Assembly: GCA_035650735.1 (NCBI GenBank)
Contig: DASRGZ010000059.1
Span: 1 to 64,000 of the forward strand
Source of the DNA: Chthonomonadaceae bacterium
GTDB taxonomy: Bacteria > Armatimonadota > Chthonomonadetes > Chthonomonadales > Chthonomonadaceae
Length of the DNA stretch: 64,000 nucleotides
Direction: 5' to 3'
Positions 50,289-59,428 of this stretch are shown in pieces (positions within the stretch are counted from its first letter, which is position 1; each line of letters opens with the position of its first letter). The translations under genes were made by a program, and so were the position numbers. The notes beneath the pieces were generated by a model, which saw nothing but the letters and a program-made list of their open reading frames with translations, did not search any database and had not been told where the DNA came from.

Positions 50289-50318
50289 ATTATAGCAAGT
50301 CAGGCTGTCTTGTGTCGA
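50289..50318 (-). promoter_or_regulatory. Probable promoter of the R-M operon
   Basis: TCGACA-18 bp-TATAAT with extended -10 TG on the minus strand. Confidence 0.55.
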
Positions 50319-50439
50319 GAACCACAGGTTTTGTGTTCTTGTTGCTGGGTTTGTCGGGAGGGATGCGTAAAAGGGCGTTCTCGGCGCACTGAGAGCGAAA
50401 GAGCCAATTCGTGGGAGTGCGCTGAGGAGGGAAAACACG

Positions 50440-51372
50440 GTGGGGCGGAAGGTAGAGATGTATAGGCCGCAGGATGGGCAGGACTGGATTGATACCGGGG
50501 AGGCGGCGGCAATTTTGAAGTTGACGCGGGAGAGAGTACAGCAGATGGCGAAGAAAGGCACTCTGCCCTGCTATCGTCCGCCAAAAAAGCGCGCGCCGCA
50601 CTATTTTCTGCGGGCGGACGTCGAGGCGCTGGCGACGCAGCGCGAAGAGGCCGAAGCAAAGCGGCGGCAGGTGGCGTTTTACAAGACGTGGGACTTGAGC
50701 GCGGCGCGGCAGGCAGCGGAGGAGGGGGAGGAGCCACTGCTGAGCACGCGGGAGGCGGCGGCGATGCTGGAGGTCGCGCCGGTAACGCTGCTTCTGATGG
50801 CCTATCGTGGGCGGATCGCCTGTTATCAGGAGCGGGCGGGAAAGTCGGGGTCGCCGCTACGGTTTGCCCGGAGCGAGGTGGAGCGTCTGGCGGAGGATAG
50901 GGAGCGGCTGAAGCGGCGGGAGGCGTACAAGAGGCGGGGCCGTGGGAATGGAAAGGCCGATGACCTGCCGTATCCGGGTTATTTGACGCCGAGCCAGACG
51001 TTTTGGAGCGCCGACGAGCTGGAGGGCAGTCCGTGGCTGACAACGAAGCAGGTGGCGGCGAAGATGGGGGTAAATAACAATCGCATATTGCAGTGGGTGA
51101 AAGCGGGACGGCTGCGGGCGTATCGCCTGCCGAGGAAGTACTACAATCGTCCGCCCTGGTGCTTTCTGAAGACGGATATAGAAGCGCTGATGGCCGATCC
51201 GACTTATCAGCGCTACCGGGCGCGCTGGCTGGAGGCGAACAGTCCGGAGCGACAGGAACAGCGCGAGTTGGAGCGCTGCGAGGCGATCCTGGAGTGGATG
51301 GTACGGGCGAACGGCTGGGACGATCCCAATTATGAGCCTGCTTACCAGGCGTGGCCGGGCGGTATCTGGTGA
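50440..51372 (+). CDS. Protein with three tandem excisionase-like (HTH_17/MerR-type) domains
   Basis: IDTGEAAAILKL...GTL, LSTREAAAMLEV...GRI, LTTKQVAAKMGV...GRL, each followed by F.(R/K).(D/E)(V/I)E.L; start 50440 or 50458. Confidence 0.8.
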   Translation: MGRKVEMYRPQDGQDWIDTGEAAAILKLTRERVQQMAKKGTLPCYRPPKKRAPHYFLRADVEALATQREEAEAKRRQVAFYKTWDLSAARQAAEEGEEPLLSTREAAAMLEVAPVTLLLMAYRGRIACYQERAGKSGSPLRFARSEVERLAEDRERLKRREAYKRRGRGNGKADDLPYPGYLTPSQTFWSADELEGSPWLTTKQVAAKMGVNNNRILQWVKAGRLRAYRLPRKYYNRPPWCFLKTDIEALMADPTYQRYRARWLEANSPERQEQRELERCEAILEWMVRANGWDDPNYEPAYQAWPGGIW

Positions 51373-51447
51373 CGACACTAAATATGCCGATTTTTTGCGG
51401 CTGCCTCTCTACGGGCAGGAACTCGCCTTTCCCGCGCCGAAAAACTG

Positions 51448-51596
51448 CAACCGGATGAACAGGATTTTGCAGGATTGACAGGATTAAGACTAAAGAGACA
51501 GAAGCCTTGAGCCTAAGAGGAACAGAGGCATAGGTATTCGGTTGGTTGGGTTGTAGAAATCCTGTTTAATCCTGAGAAATCTTGTTCATCCTGTTG
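51448..51596. repeat. Inverted repeat built from ~9-10-bp CAGGAT units
   Basis: CAACCGGATGAACAGGATTTTGCAGGATTGACAGGATT ... AATCCTGTTTAATCCTGAGAAATCTTGTTCATCCTGTTG. Confidence 0.8.
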
Positions 51597-51623
51597 AAGG
51601 ATTGGGGTTTAGAAGGAACGCGC

Positions 51624-54600
51624 GTGCAACTCAAGAAGCTTCAGCTCGTCGGCTTTAAGACGTTCGCGGATAAGACCGAGATCGAGATAGATGGCGGCCT
51701 GACGGCCATCGTCGGCCCCAACGGCAGCGGCAAGTCCAATATCGTGGATGCGCTGCTGTGGGTGCTGGGCGAGCAGAACCCGCGCCTGCTGCGGGGCAAC
51801 TCGGCGCAGGACGTCATCTTTGCCGGCACCGATAAGCGCAAGCCGCTCGGCATGGCGGAAGTCCGCCTTACCCTCGACAACAGCGACCGCACACTGCCCA
51901 TCCACTTCTCCGAAGTCACCATCACCCGCCGCGTCTACCGCTCCGGCGAGAGCCAGTACCTGCTCAACGGCTCGCCCTGCCGCCTCAAGGACATCGTGGA
52001 GCTCTTCCTCGATACCGGGCTGGGCAAGGGGGCCTACGCCTTCGTCAGCCAGAACGAGATAGACGCCGTCCTCTCGGCGCGGCCCGAAGATCGGCGCACG
52101 CTGTTCGAGGAGGCCGCGGGCATCAAGAAGTACCGGGTCAAAAAGAAAGAGGCGCTGAGCAAGCTGGAGTCCGCCGAAGCTAATTTGACCCGCGTGCGTG
52201 ATATTCTCCACGAGTTGGAGGGCCAGCGGGAGCCGATGGAGCGGCAGGCGCTGGCGGCGCGCCGGTATCTGCTGCTACAGGAGCGCCTGCATGAGATCGA
52301 GGTTGGGCTACTGATCGCGGAATTAAAGAAGGACGATTATGAGCTTTACGCGGCCCAGCAGGAGCGCGAGGACGACCAGGCCCGCCTGCTCAAGTACGAC
52401 GCCGAACTGGCCCATCTGGAGCGCGTGGCGGAGAACGTCGGGGAGCGGCTGGCGCAGACCGAGGGCGAGATGGAATCGGCGCGCATTACCCGGCAGAACG
52501 CGCTGTCGCTGGTCGAGCGCACGGAGAGTCAGTTGGCGCTGATGACCGAGCGCAGCCAGACGGCCCGCAAAAGCCAGGCCCAGCTTGCCGAAGAGTTGGC
52601 CGATATCGCCGAGCGCGCCGAGCGCCTGACGGAAGACATGGGGCGCGACCGGGCGGAACTGGAGGCAACGGAGGCGGAGGAGGCGGCGCGGCGCGAGGAG
52701 TGGGCCGGGCAGAGGGCCGTCCTGAGCGAACTGGAAGAGGCCGTGCAGGAAGCTGTGCGGCAGGTCGAGGAGCGGCAGGGCGAACGGATGCGTCTGGCGC
52801 AGGAGCGGGCCAGCCGCGAGGCGGCGCTAAAAGCCGCGCAGGAGCGCCTGGCGGATGCTAGGCAGCGCTCGGAACGCCTTTCCGACCAGATCACGGCACT
52901 GGCCGAGACGCTGCGCGACGCACAGGCGCGGGAGGCGCAGGCGCAGGCGACGCGCGAGGAACGTTCTGCCCGGCGTGAGCAGCTAGCGCAAGCCCGCGCG
53001 GAGGTCGAAAGCAGGCTACAGCAGAGGCAAACGCAGCAGTCCACACTGCGGGCCGCGCTGGAGGCCGCGCGCCGCACACAGGCCGAGCAGTCGGCGCGGC
53101 TCGCTACATTGACGGAGCTCCAGGAAAGCCATGAGGGGTTCTATCAGGGCGTGCGCGCCGTTCTCAACGCGCGCAAGAAGGGCCAGCTTACAGGCCACTA
53201 TACCGCTGTGGTGGATTTGCTGACCGTGCCGGAACCCTATCGCATCGCCATCGAGGTCGCGCTGGGCGGCAGCCTCCAGGACGTCGTGACGGAGACGGAG
53301 GCCGAGGCGAAGGCGGGCATCCAGTGGCTCAAGCAGAACCGTGCGGGCCGGGCGACCTTCCTGCCGCTGCCGCTGCTGCGCCCAAATTCAAAACTGCAAA
53401 TAGAAGCCCAGAGGCACGGAGGCACGGAGGACACACAGAGAAAAGCAAAGAGAGGGATTGAGGGTATAGCGAGTGAGTTGGTGCGGTTTGCGCCGCAGTA
53501 TGAGAAGGTGGCCCAACTTCTGCTGGGGCGCGTGCTGGTCGTGGCGGATATGGATTCGGCCCTTGCCGTCTCGCGCCAGGTTAACGGCTGGAGCAAAATC
53601 GTCACGCTGGAGGGCGAGCTTCTGACGCCGGGGGGCGCGCTGACGGGCGGCTCCTTGCAGGGGCGTGGGGCGCATCTGGTGGGGCGCAAGGGCGAGATGG
53701 ACGACCTGCGGGCGGCGCTGCCTGAGACAAAGGCCGAGGTGGAGCGGCTGACAGCACAGGTGGAGGGCAATGCCCGCGCCCTGCAAGCGCTGGAGGCAGA
53801 GCGCGCGGCGCTGGTCCGGGAGGAGGCTGAAACCCAGGCCGAGTTCGCCGCCGCCGAAAGCGCCCGCGCCGCCGCCGAGCGCGAGCGCGCGCGCCTGACT
53901 CAAGACAAGGCCGACCGGGACGCTGTGCAGACAGCCCTGGTCGCCGAGATCGCCGCGCTGGAGGCCGAAACGAAGCGCCTGGTGGCCGCCCTGGAATCGG
54001 GCCGGGTCGAAAACGATAGCGCCGACGATGCGCTGGCGGCGCTGAATACGGAGACACGCGCCCTGGCAGCCAAGCGGGATGCCTGCCGCGCCCGCGCTAC
54101 CGCCCTGGAAGTGGAGGTCAGCCGATTGCAGGAGAAGCGCGAGGGACTGATGCGCGCCCTGGCCTCCAACCGCGTCGCTCTGGCCTCCCTGCATAACCAG
54201 CACTTGCAGAAGAGCGCCCAGCGTGCCGCCGCCGAAACGGAGGGCGCGGACGCCGCCGCCGAGCGTGAACGCCTGATCGCTCGGCTAGAAGAGGCGCGTC
54301 GGCATCTGGCGGAGGGGGAGGCGGAATTGGCGCGATGGCGGGAGCGCAGACAGGCATTGCTGGGGGAGAGCTTTGAGACCAATAACGCCATCAAGGAGAC
54401 GACGCAGCGGCGCGCGCAGGTGACCGAGAACCTGCACGCCGCCGAGCTGGCCCTGGCCCGTCTGGAGGTGCAGATCGCCCAGATCACGGAGCGGCTTGAG
54501 AACGAGTACGGCATCGCGCGCGAAGAGGCTCTGGCCCGACCCGACGAGGTGGAGGTGGACAAGAACACGGCGATGGAGGTCGGGCGGCTGCGGCGGGAAC

Positions 54601-55250
54601 TGCGCGGCATGGGGCAGGTCAATACGGGCGCGGTTGAGGAGTACGAGCGCCTGACCGAGCGCTACGAGTTCCTGTCGGCGCAGCAGGCCGATCTGGAAAA
54701 GAGCCGGGAGTCGCTGCTGGCGACCATCGCCGAGATAGACGAGAGCACGCGGGGGGTCTTCCTGGAGACGTTCGACGCCGTACGCGCCGAGTTCGACAGG
54801 CTGTTCACGCGCCTGTTCGAGGGCGGCAGCACGAAGCTTGTCCTCACCAATCCCGACGACCTGCAGGAGACGGGCATCGAGGTGATCGCGCAGCCTCCCG
54901 GCAAGAAGCCGCAGAGCCTGTCGCTGCTCTCCGGCGGGGAGCGCGCCCTGACGGCCACGGCGCTGCTGTTTGCGTTCCTGGCGGTCAAGCCCAGCCCATT
55001 CGTACTCCTGGATGAAGTGGACGCTCCCCTGGATGGAGCCAACGTGGAGAAGTTCACCCAGTTGGTGGGCGAGTTCAGCCAGCGCAGCCAGTTCTTGATC
55101 ATCACCCACAACCCCACCACGATGGAGGCGGCGCCGATCTGGTACGGGGTGACGATGAAGGAGCCGGGGGTCAGCAGCCTGCTCTCCTACCGGATGCCTT
55201 CGGAGACAATCGCCTCCGAAGCCGAGACCACCCTCCTCTTCACCCGGTAG
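51624..55250 (+). CDS. smc: Chromosome segregation protein SMC
   Basis: GFKTF, GPNGSGKSN, hinge GRATFLPL, LSGGE, LDEVDAPLD. Confidence 0.97.
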   Translation: MQLKKLQLVGFKTFADKTEIEIDGGLTAIVGPNGSGKSNIVDALLWVLGEQNPRLLRGNSAQDVIFAGTDKRKPLGMAEVRLTLDNSDRTLPIHFSEVTITRRVYRSGESQYLLNGSPCRLKDIVELFLDTGLGKGAYAFVSQNEIDAVLSARPEDRRTLFEEAAGIKKYRVKKKEALSKLESAEANLTRVRDILHELEGQREPMERQALAARRYLLLQERLHEIEVGLLIAELKKDDYELYAAQQEREDDQARLLKYDAELAHLERVAENVGERLAQTEGEMESARITRQNALSLVERTESQLALMTERSQTARKSQAQLAEELADIAERAERLTEDMGRDRAELEATEAEEAARREEWAGQRAVLSELEEAVQEAVRQVEERQGERMRLAQERASREAALKAAQERLADARQRSERLSDQITALAETLRDAQAREAQAQATREERSARREQLAQARAEVESRLQQRQTQQSTLRAALEAARRTQAEQSARLATLTELQESHEGFYQGVRAVLNARKKGQLTGHYTAVVDLLTVPEPYRIAIEVALGGSLQDVVTETEAEAKAGIQWLKQNRAGRATFLPLPLLRPNSKLQIEAQRHGGTEDTQRKAKRGIEGIASELVRFAPQYEKVAQLLLGRVLVVADMDSALAVSRQVNGWSKIVTLEGELLTPGGALTGGSLQGRGAHLVGRKGEMDDLRAALPETKAEVERLTAQVEGNARALQALEAERAALVREEAETQAEFAAAESARAAAERERARLTQDKADRDAVQTALVAEIAALEAETKRLVAALESGRVENDSADDALAALNTETRALAAKRDACRARATALEVEVSRLQEKREGLMRALASNRVALASLHNQHLQKSAQRAAAETEGADAAAERERLIARLEEARRHLAEGEAELARWRERRQALLGESFETNNAIKETTQRRAQVTENLHAAELALARLEVQIAQITERLENEYGIAREEALARPDEVEVDKNTAMEVGRLRRELRGMGQVNTGAVEEYERLTERYEFLSAQQADLEKSRESLLATIAEIDESTRGVFLETFDAVRAEFDRLFTRLFEGGSTKLVLTNPDDLQETGIEVIAQPPGKKPQSLSLLSGGERALTATALLFAFLAVKPSPFVLLDEVDAPLDGANVEKFTQLVGEFSQRSQFLIITHNPTTMEAAPIWYGVTMKEPGVSSLLSYRMPSETIASEAETTLLFTR

Positions 55251-55318
55251 GGGTCTCGCCAGCACGCGCCGCGCAATCTCGTGTATAATGAAGCAGTTCG
55301 CTTCGTGGAGGGCAAGCC

Positions 55319-55442
55319 ATGACTACTCCCTTGATGGAATTGGAAGGGACTTGGGAAGAGATTGCCGCGCATGGACCCGAACGTTGCCGGCCGCAGAGTC
55401 CGCCAGATCGTGCTGCCCCTTAATTGCCATAAGCAGGATTGA
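55319..55442 (+). pseudogene. Frameshifted remnant of the 'EGTWEEI...AGRRVR' small-protein family
   Basis: TATAAT at 55284, GGAGG RBS; MTTPLMELEGTWEEIAAHGPE, then +1 frame AGRRVRQIVLP. Confidence 0.5.
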
Positions 55443-55522
55443 TATCGCCGTCGCCCTTGCCCGGTAGCCTATCCAGGCGTGTCTATTCGCGGGTGAGGTC
55501 GGCGCTGGCAGGGCAGGGCGCA

Positions 55523-56854
55523 TTAAGGCGATGGGAGGAAACCGGGCGGCAACGCGGCGGAAGAGGGTTCGTTCTGACCGGGCGGCCAGAGCCTGGGCGC
55601 AGCAGCCGGGCCGACCAGCAGGAAGCGCGTTGAGTCTAGCTGACGGGCCGATTTTGCCGTGGATGTATCCACATCGCCCAGGTTCCAGGCCAGGATGCAG
55701 GGATGGGAGCGGTCGCGCAGGATGAGTTCGCGCATCTCCTCCCCGGCTTTGGCGTCCTGGCGCGGCCCCTCCACGACCAGCAGCCCTTCCTCGTCGGCCA
55801 ACCGCAGCAGCACGGGCGGCGGCGCCTCCAGGTAGATCAGGTTCGTTCCCTTCTCCTTGAGACGGCGCAGCGAGTCGCGGGTACGCACGGCGTCCTCGGT
55901 GGTGGCGATGACGATGGGCTGGGATGGGCGTGGAGCGATGGCTGCCAGTTGGAGGGGTTGGCCGTTGAGGGTGATCGCGCTCTCCTTCCAATCAAACTGC
56001 CGGAAGCCGAACGTGACCTCCAGAAGATCGAGGATATCAGCCTCCTGGTGGAAGACTAGCTGCAGCCGGTAGAGGAACGGCGTCTGAGGCGACCAGCGTT
56101 GCAGGCGCTTGCCGCGCAGGGTCAGGAGCAGCGTGGCCAGGTTCCGGCCCGGCGTTACGTGCAGCTCCTGATGCGTGCGCAGGATGTCGCGGGTGGGGGC
56201 GTTGGCGGCGACGACGCGGCCATCCAGCGTAGCGTCCCCGGTCTTCGCGGAGGTATTGCGGAGGGTTACGGCGGCGTTCAGGTGGCCCAGGGCATCGCCC
56301 TGGGCGACGGCATCGGCGATATAGGCCTCGTCGTGTGCCATCAGCAGCACGCCCTGCCAGAGGCCGGCCCCGGTCCTGGCGTCGCCCTCCACACGCACGG
56401 CCAGCGTATTCTTCGCTCCCGTTCGCACCGTTCCGGTAACGTTGAACTCAAAGGGCGTCGCGCCGTCCGTGTGCTCGCCAAGCGGCAGGCCGTTCAGCCA
56501 GACGCGCGCCTTGTCTGCCGCCGCCTCAAAGCGCAGGCGTACCGTCTGCCCCTTCCAGCCAGCAGGCGCCTCAAACTCCCGCCAGTACCAGGCAACCCCA
56601 CTATACCCCGGCGCGGCGCTCGTATTCCACAATCCGGGAACCGTTATCTCCTTTGCCTGCGCGGGCGCGGCCTGTGTCCAGTCCTGCCGCTCTCCCTTGT
56701 TCTCCGGGTCGGTCAGGAACTTCCAGACCCCGTCGATCACGAGCGTGTCGCGCCCCTTCCGCTCAGGCGGCTTGGCGGCAGCGCAGAGACATAACGCGAC
56801 GAGCCACAGCGCAGCCAGCGCGCGCAGCACAGCAGAACGGCCCAGGAGAAACAT
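55523..56854 (-). CDS. Secreted GH2-like protein with a shortened, degenerate catalytic barrel
   Basis: DGVWKF, VPGLWN, YSGVAWY.R.F, LRFEA, WSPQTPFLY, FGFR, ADEEGLLV, RDRSHPCILAWNLGD. Confidence 0.8.
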   Translation of the reverse strand: MFLLGRSAVLRALAALWLVALCLCAAAKPPERKGRDTLVIDGVWKFLTDPENKGERQDWTQAAPAQAKEITVPGLWNTSAAPGYSGVAWYWREFEAPAGWKGQTVRLRFEAAADKARVWLNGLPLGEHTDGATPFEFNVTGTVRTGAKNTLAVRVEGDARTGAGLWQGVLLMAHDEAYIADAVAQGDALGHLNAAVTLRNTSAKTGDATLDGRVVAANAPTRDILRTHQELHVTPGRNLATLLLTLRGKRLQRWSPQTPFLYRLQLVFHQEADILDLLEVTFGFRQFDWKESAITLNGQPLQLAAIAPRPSQPIVIATTEDAVRTRDSLRRLKEKGTNLIYLEAPPPVLLRLADEEGLLVVEGPRQDAKAGEEMRELILRDRSHPCILAWNLGDVDTSTAKSARQLDSTRFLLVGPAAAPRLWPPGQNEPSSAALPPGFLPSP

Positions 56855-57084
56855 ACAGCGGCACTTCCTTTCGACAGGCATACCGAACGAAGCACACGGG
56901 CAAGCCAGCGATGCATGGGTCCCTGCAAAGAGCAACGCACGCGCCGCGTTGCCGTGACAAGCGCCTTATTCGCGTTTCGAAAGCCGGTTTCCTTGTCAGG
57001 CCCCCAGGGGCATTGCATCAAAAAGCGGCAGGGGGCAACAACCCCTCTGCCGCTTCTCAACGCGCCCGCCAAACGAGGCGGCTT

Positions 57085-57561
57085 TCACGACATATCGCCG
57101 TAGAGTACCTGGGTGTAGTTGACCTGGCCCTCATGGTAGACCGTGTTCCAGTAGAAGAAATCCGCAAACTCGGCCCAGGTAGCGGGCTTGCCGGTAAAGG
57201 GGTTGGTGATCGTGTCCCCGAACTTGTTGGCCGGGAACGCCGCGACGGCGTCCGCCAGGGCGCTGGTGCCGTCTTGGAGCCACTTCAGCGCCGCCTGCCG
57301 GTTGCGATGGGCGTCCTTTTGCTTTTTGTAATCGTTGTCATCGAAGGCAGGCAGAGAGCCGGCACGGAAGGCATTGGCTGCCCATGCGTTGAGGTAGCCG
57401 CACTCCACAAGCTGGTCAAGCGCATCCCGGCCCTGGTTGCCCTCGGTGACCGGGTGCCAGGTGAGGCGGTCATCCGGCATCTTCTCGCAGGCCGTGTAGA
57501 GGGCATTGCCGGCGGCGCGCAGCCGATTGGCGAGAAACTGCGCCAGGTTGACTTCAGACAT
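57085..57561 (-). CDS. DinB/YfiT-family protein
   Basis: MPDDRLTWHP...YHEGQVNYTQ; AGGAGG RBS. Confidence 0.8.
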   Translation of the reverse strand: MSEVNLAQFLANRLRAAGNALYTACEKMPDDRLTWHPVTEGNQGRDALDQLVECGYLNAWAANAFRAGSLPAFDDNDYKKQKDAHRNRQAALKWLQDGTSALADAVAAFPANKFGDTITNPFTGKPATWAEFADFFYWNTVYHEGQVNYTQVLYGDMS

Positions 57562-57842
57562 GGTCTTCCTACCTCCTTGTGAGAAGTAAATACGCGACGG
57601 CAGCGGGCAGAGGCGGCAGCGGCCCTGCCCTGCGGCCTGGAAGCGGCGTATCTTCCTGCCGAAGCGCCGCGACTATAGAAAACGTTCGCAACTTCGAACG
57701 AACAATCCTGCCAGAAATACCGGCAACGCGGGCTTAATTCAGGCGATTTTTGCGGCCTGTTCTCACCAGGAATTGCAGGCCCGCCCGGCGCAGGATGGAA
57801 GGTTGTCGAAAGGGCGCTCTGGCGTCAGAACCCGGCTGGCCT

Positions 57843-59411
57843 CTAGGTTCTGGCAGTCAGATGAATTTCATAGGCCGCGCGCAAGCCCGATTCGATGGCC
57901 CCCTGAATCCAGCGGTGATTGAGCGAGGTGTGCTCTCCCGCGAAGTGGATGCGGCCTTCCGGCTGCTTGATGAACTGATGCAGTAGGGTTTCCTGGGTCG
58001 GGTTAAACAGAGCAAAGGCTCCTCCGGCAAAGGGCTCATTCTGCCACATGACCGACGTGCCGCCTTCGATGAGGTCGTCTTCCTGGCTTACCTGCGGGTG
58101 CAGCCGGGCCAGGTCCTGGACCGCCTCCCGCAGCCGTTCTTCCGGCGACAGATTGCCCCAGACGACCGCATCGCGACCCCAGGTATAGCTGACCAGCAGC
58201 ACGCCCCGTCCGGTTTCCTGGCTGTGATCGGGATACCAGGTGCTACGGATGGCAAGGTCCGATTCCGTACCGCCGCCGAAGATGTGCTCGTCTTCCTCCC
58301 AGAAACGCCGGCGGCATTGCAGCAATATCTTTGCCGAGGCATCGTAGTTGAGCTCTTGAATGGCGTCTTGCTTGCCATAGGAAAAGCGCTCGATCCCCTC
58401 CACATGGCGCAATAGCGGGAACGGGATGGCGATAATGGCATGGTCGCCCTGCACCTGTTTCAGGCTGCCGCTCGTGTCCCGGTAGGTGACGGTTACTTTT
58501 TGGGGAGACTGCTCGATAGCCTCCATCTTGGCCCCGAAGTATATTGAGCGCTGGAGCGTGGGCAGAAACGAGCGGGGCAGTTGGTCCATGCCCCCTTTGA
58601 GTTCCACCAGGTCCTGGAACGAACCGGTCAGCTTTTCGCGCAGCAGAGAGACGACGGAGTTGTTCAAGCGGGCCTGCTGGTTCTCCACCAGGCCGAACAT
58701 CTGGATGGCCTCCTCCGACCACTTCGCCTGTTCCAGAAAGCTGCGCGTGGAGTACTTATCGTACTCGGCCACAATCGCTCGCCAGGCCGCTTTGCCCCCG
58801 GTTTTCAGGCGCTCGCGCAGCGGGGCGACCGTCTCGTTCCAGAGTTGAGCGGGGGTTTTGCCGCGCTCATCGAAACCTCCCATCGCCCGACGATCTTCCA
58901 GGCTGAACCCCAGGCAGCCAGGATTGGCCGTGACTTCGCTCCAGCGGTGCTTCTTGTTGCGAACGAAGCAGTAGGCGTTGGGATTGGTCATGGTGAAGGG
59001 CGCGGTCTCGATTTTCGGGGCGCCGCGCTCCGGGGCGTTGTGCACGTAGGCCAGCGTCAGCGTATGGGCAGCCGGAATGCGCATTGCACCGGCCTCGGCA
59101 TAGAGACCGAACGTGAACGGCTCGCGCAAGGTGCGCACGCGCCCTCCGACCCGATCCTGCGCTTCGATAAGGAGAGGTCTATGCCCTGCCCGCCGCAGTT
59201 CGTAGGCGGCCACCAGGCCCGCCATCCCCGCTCCAATCACGATTACGGTTTGAGGATTCGTGGTCTTTCCCAGCCCCATGCGGACGATCTTGAGCATGTC
59301 TTCGTCCTCGAGTTCGGGAATCTCGACACGTCTGGGGGTGCGCGCAAAACAGGGGGTTACTGCCATTAAGGAAGCACCGCCCACCAGTTTAAGAAACTCA
59401 CGCCTGTTCAT
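57843..59411 (-). CDS. Tat-exported flavin monoamine / L-amino-acid oxidase
   Basis: NRREFLK Tat signal; GAGMAGL, RVGGRV, EAGAMRIP, FAGEHTS...WIQGAIESG. Confidence 0.9.
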   Translation of the reverse strand: MNRREFLKLVGGASLMAVTPCFARTPRRVEIPELEDEDMLKIVRMGLGKTTNPQTVIVIGAGMAGLVAAYELRRAGHRPLLIEAQDRVGGRVRTLREPFTFGLYAEAGAMRIPAAHTLTLAYVHNAPERGAPKIETAPFTMTNPNAYCFVRNKKHRWSEVTANPGCLGFSLEDRRAMGGFDERGKTPAQLWNETVAPLRERLKTGGKAAWRAIVAEYDKYSTRSFLEQAKWSEEAIQMFGLVENQQARLNNSVVSLLREKLTGSFQDLVELKGGMDQLPRSFLPTLQRSIYFGAKMEAIEQSPQKVTVTYRDTSGSLKQVQGDHAIIAIPFPLLRHVEGIERFSYGKQDAIQELNYDASAKILLQCRRRFWEEDEHIFGGGTESDLAIRSTWYPDHSQETGRGVLLVSYTWGRDAVVWGNLSPEERLREAVQDLARLHPQVSQEDDLIEGGTSVMWQNEPFAGGAFALFNPTQETLLHQFIKQPEGRIHFAGEHTSLNHRWIQGAIESGLRAAYEIHLTART

Positions 59412-59428
59412 CGGGTCGCTCCTTTCGT

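Noticed and set aside
53374..53385. LLRP in SMC as another instance of the tail motif
   Set aside because: Single internal occurrence next to the conserved hinge motif; likely coincidental.
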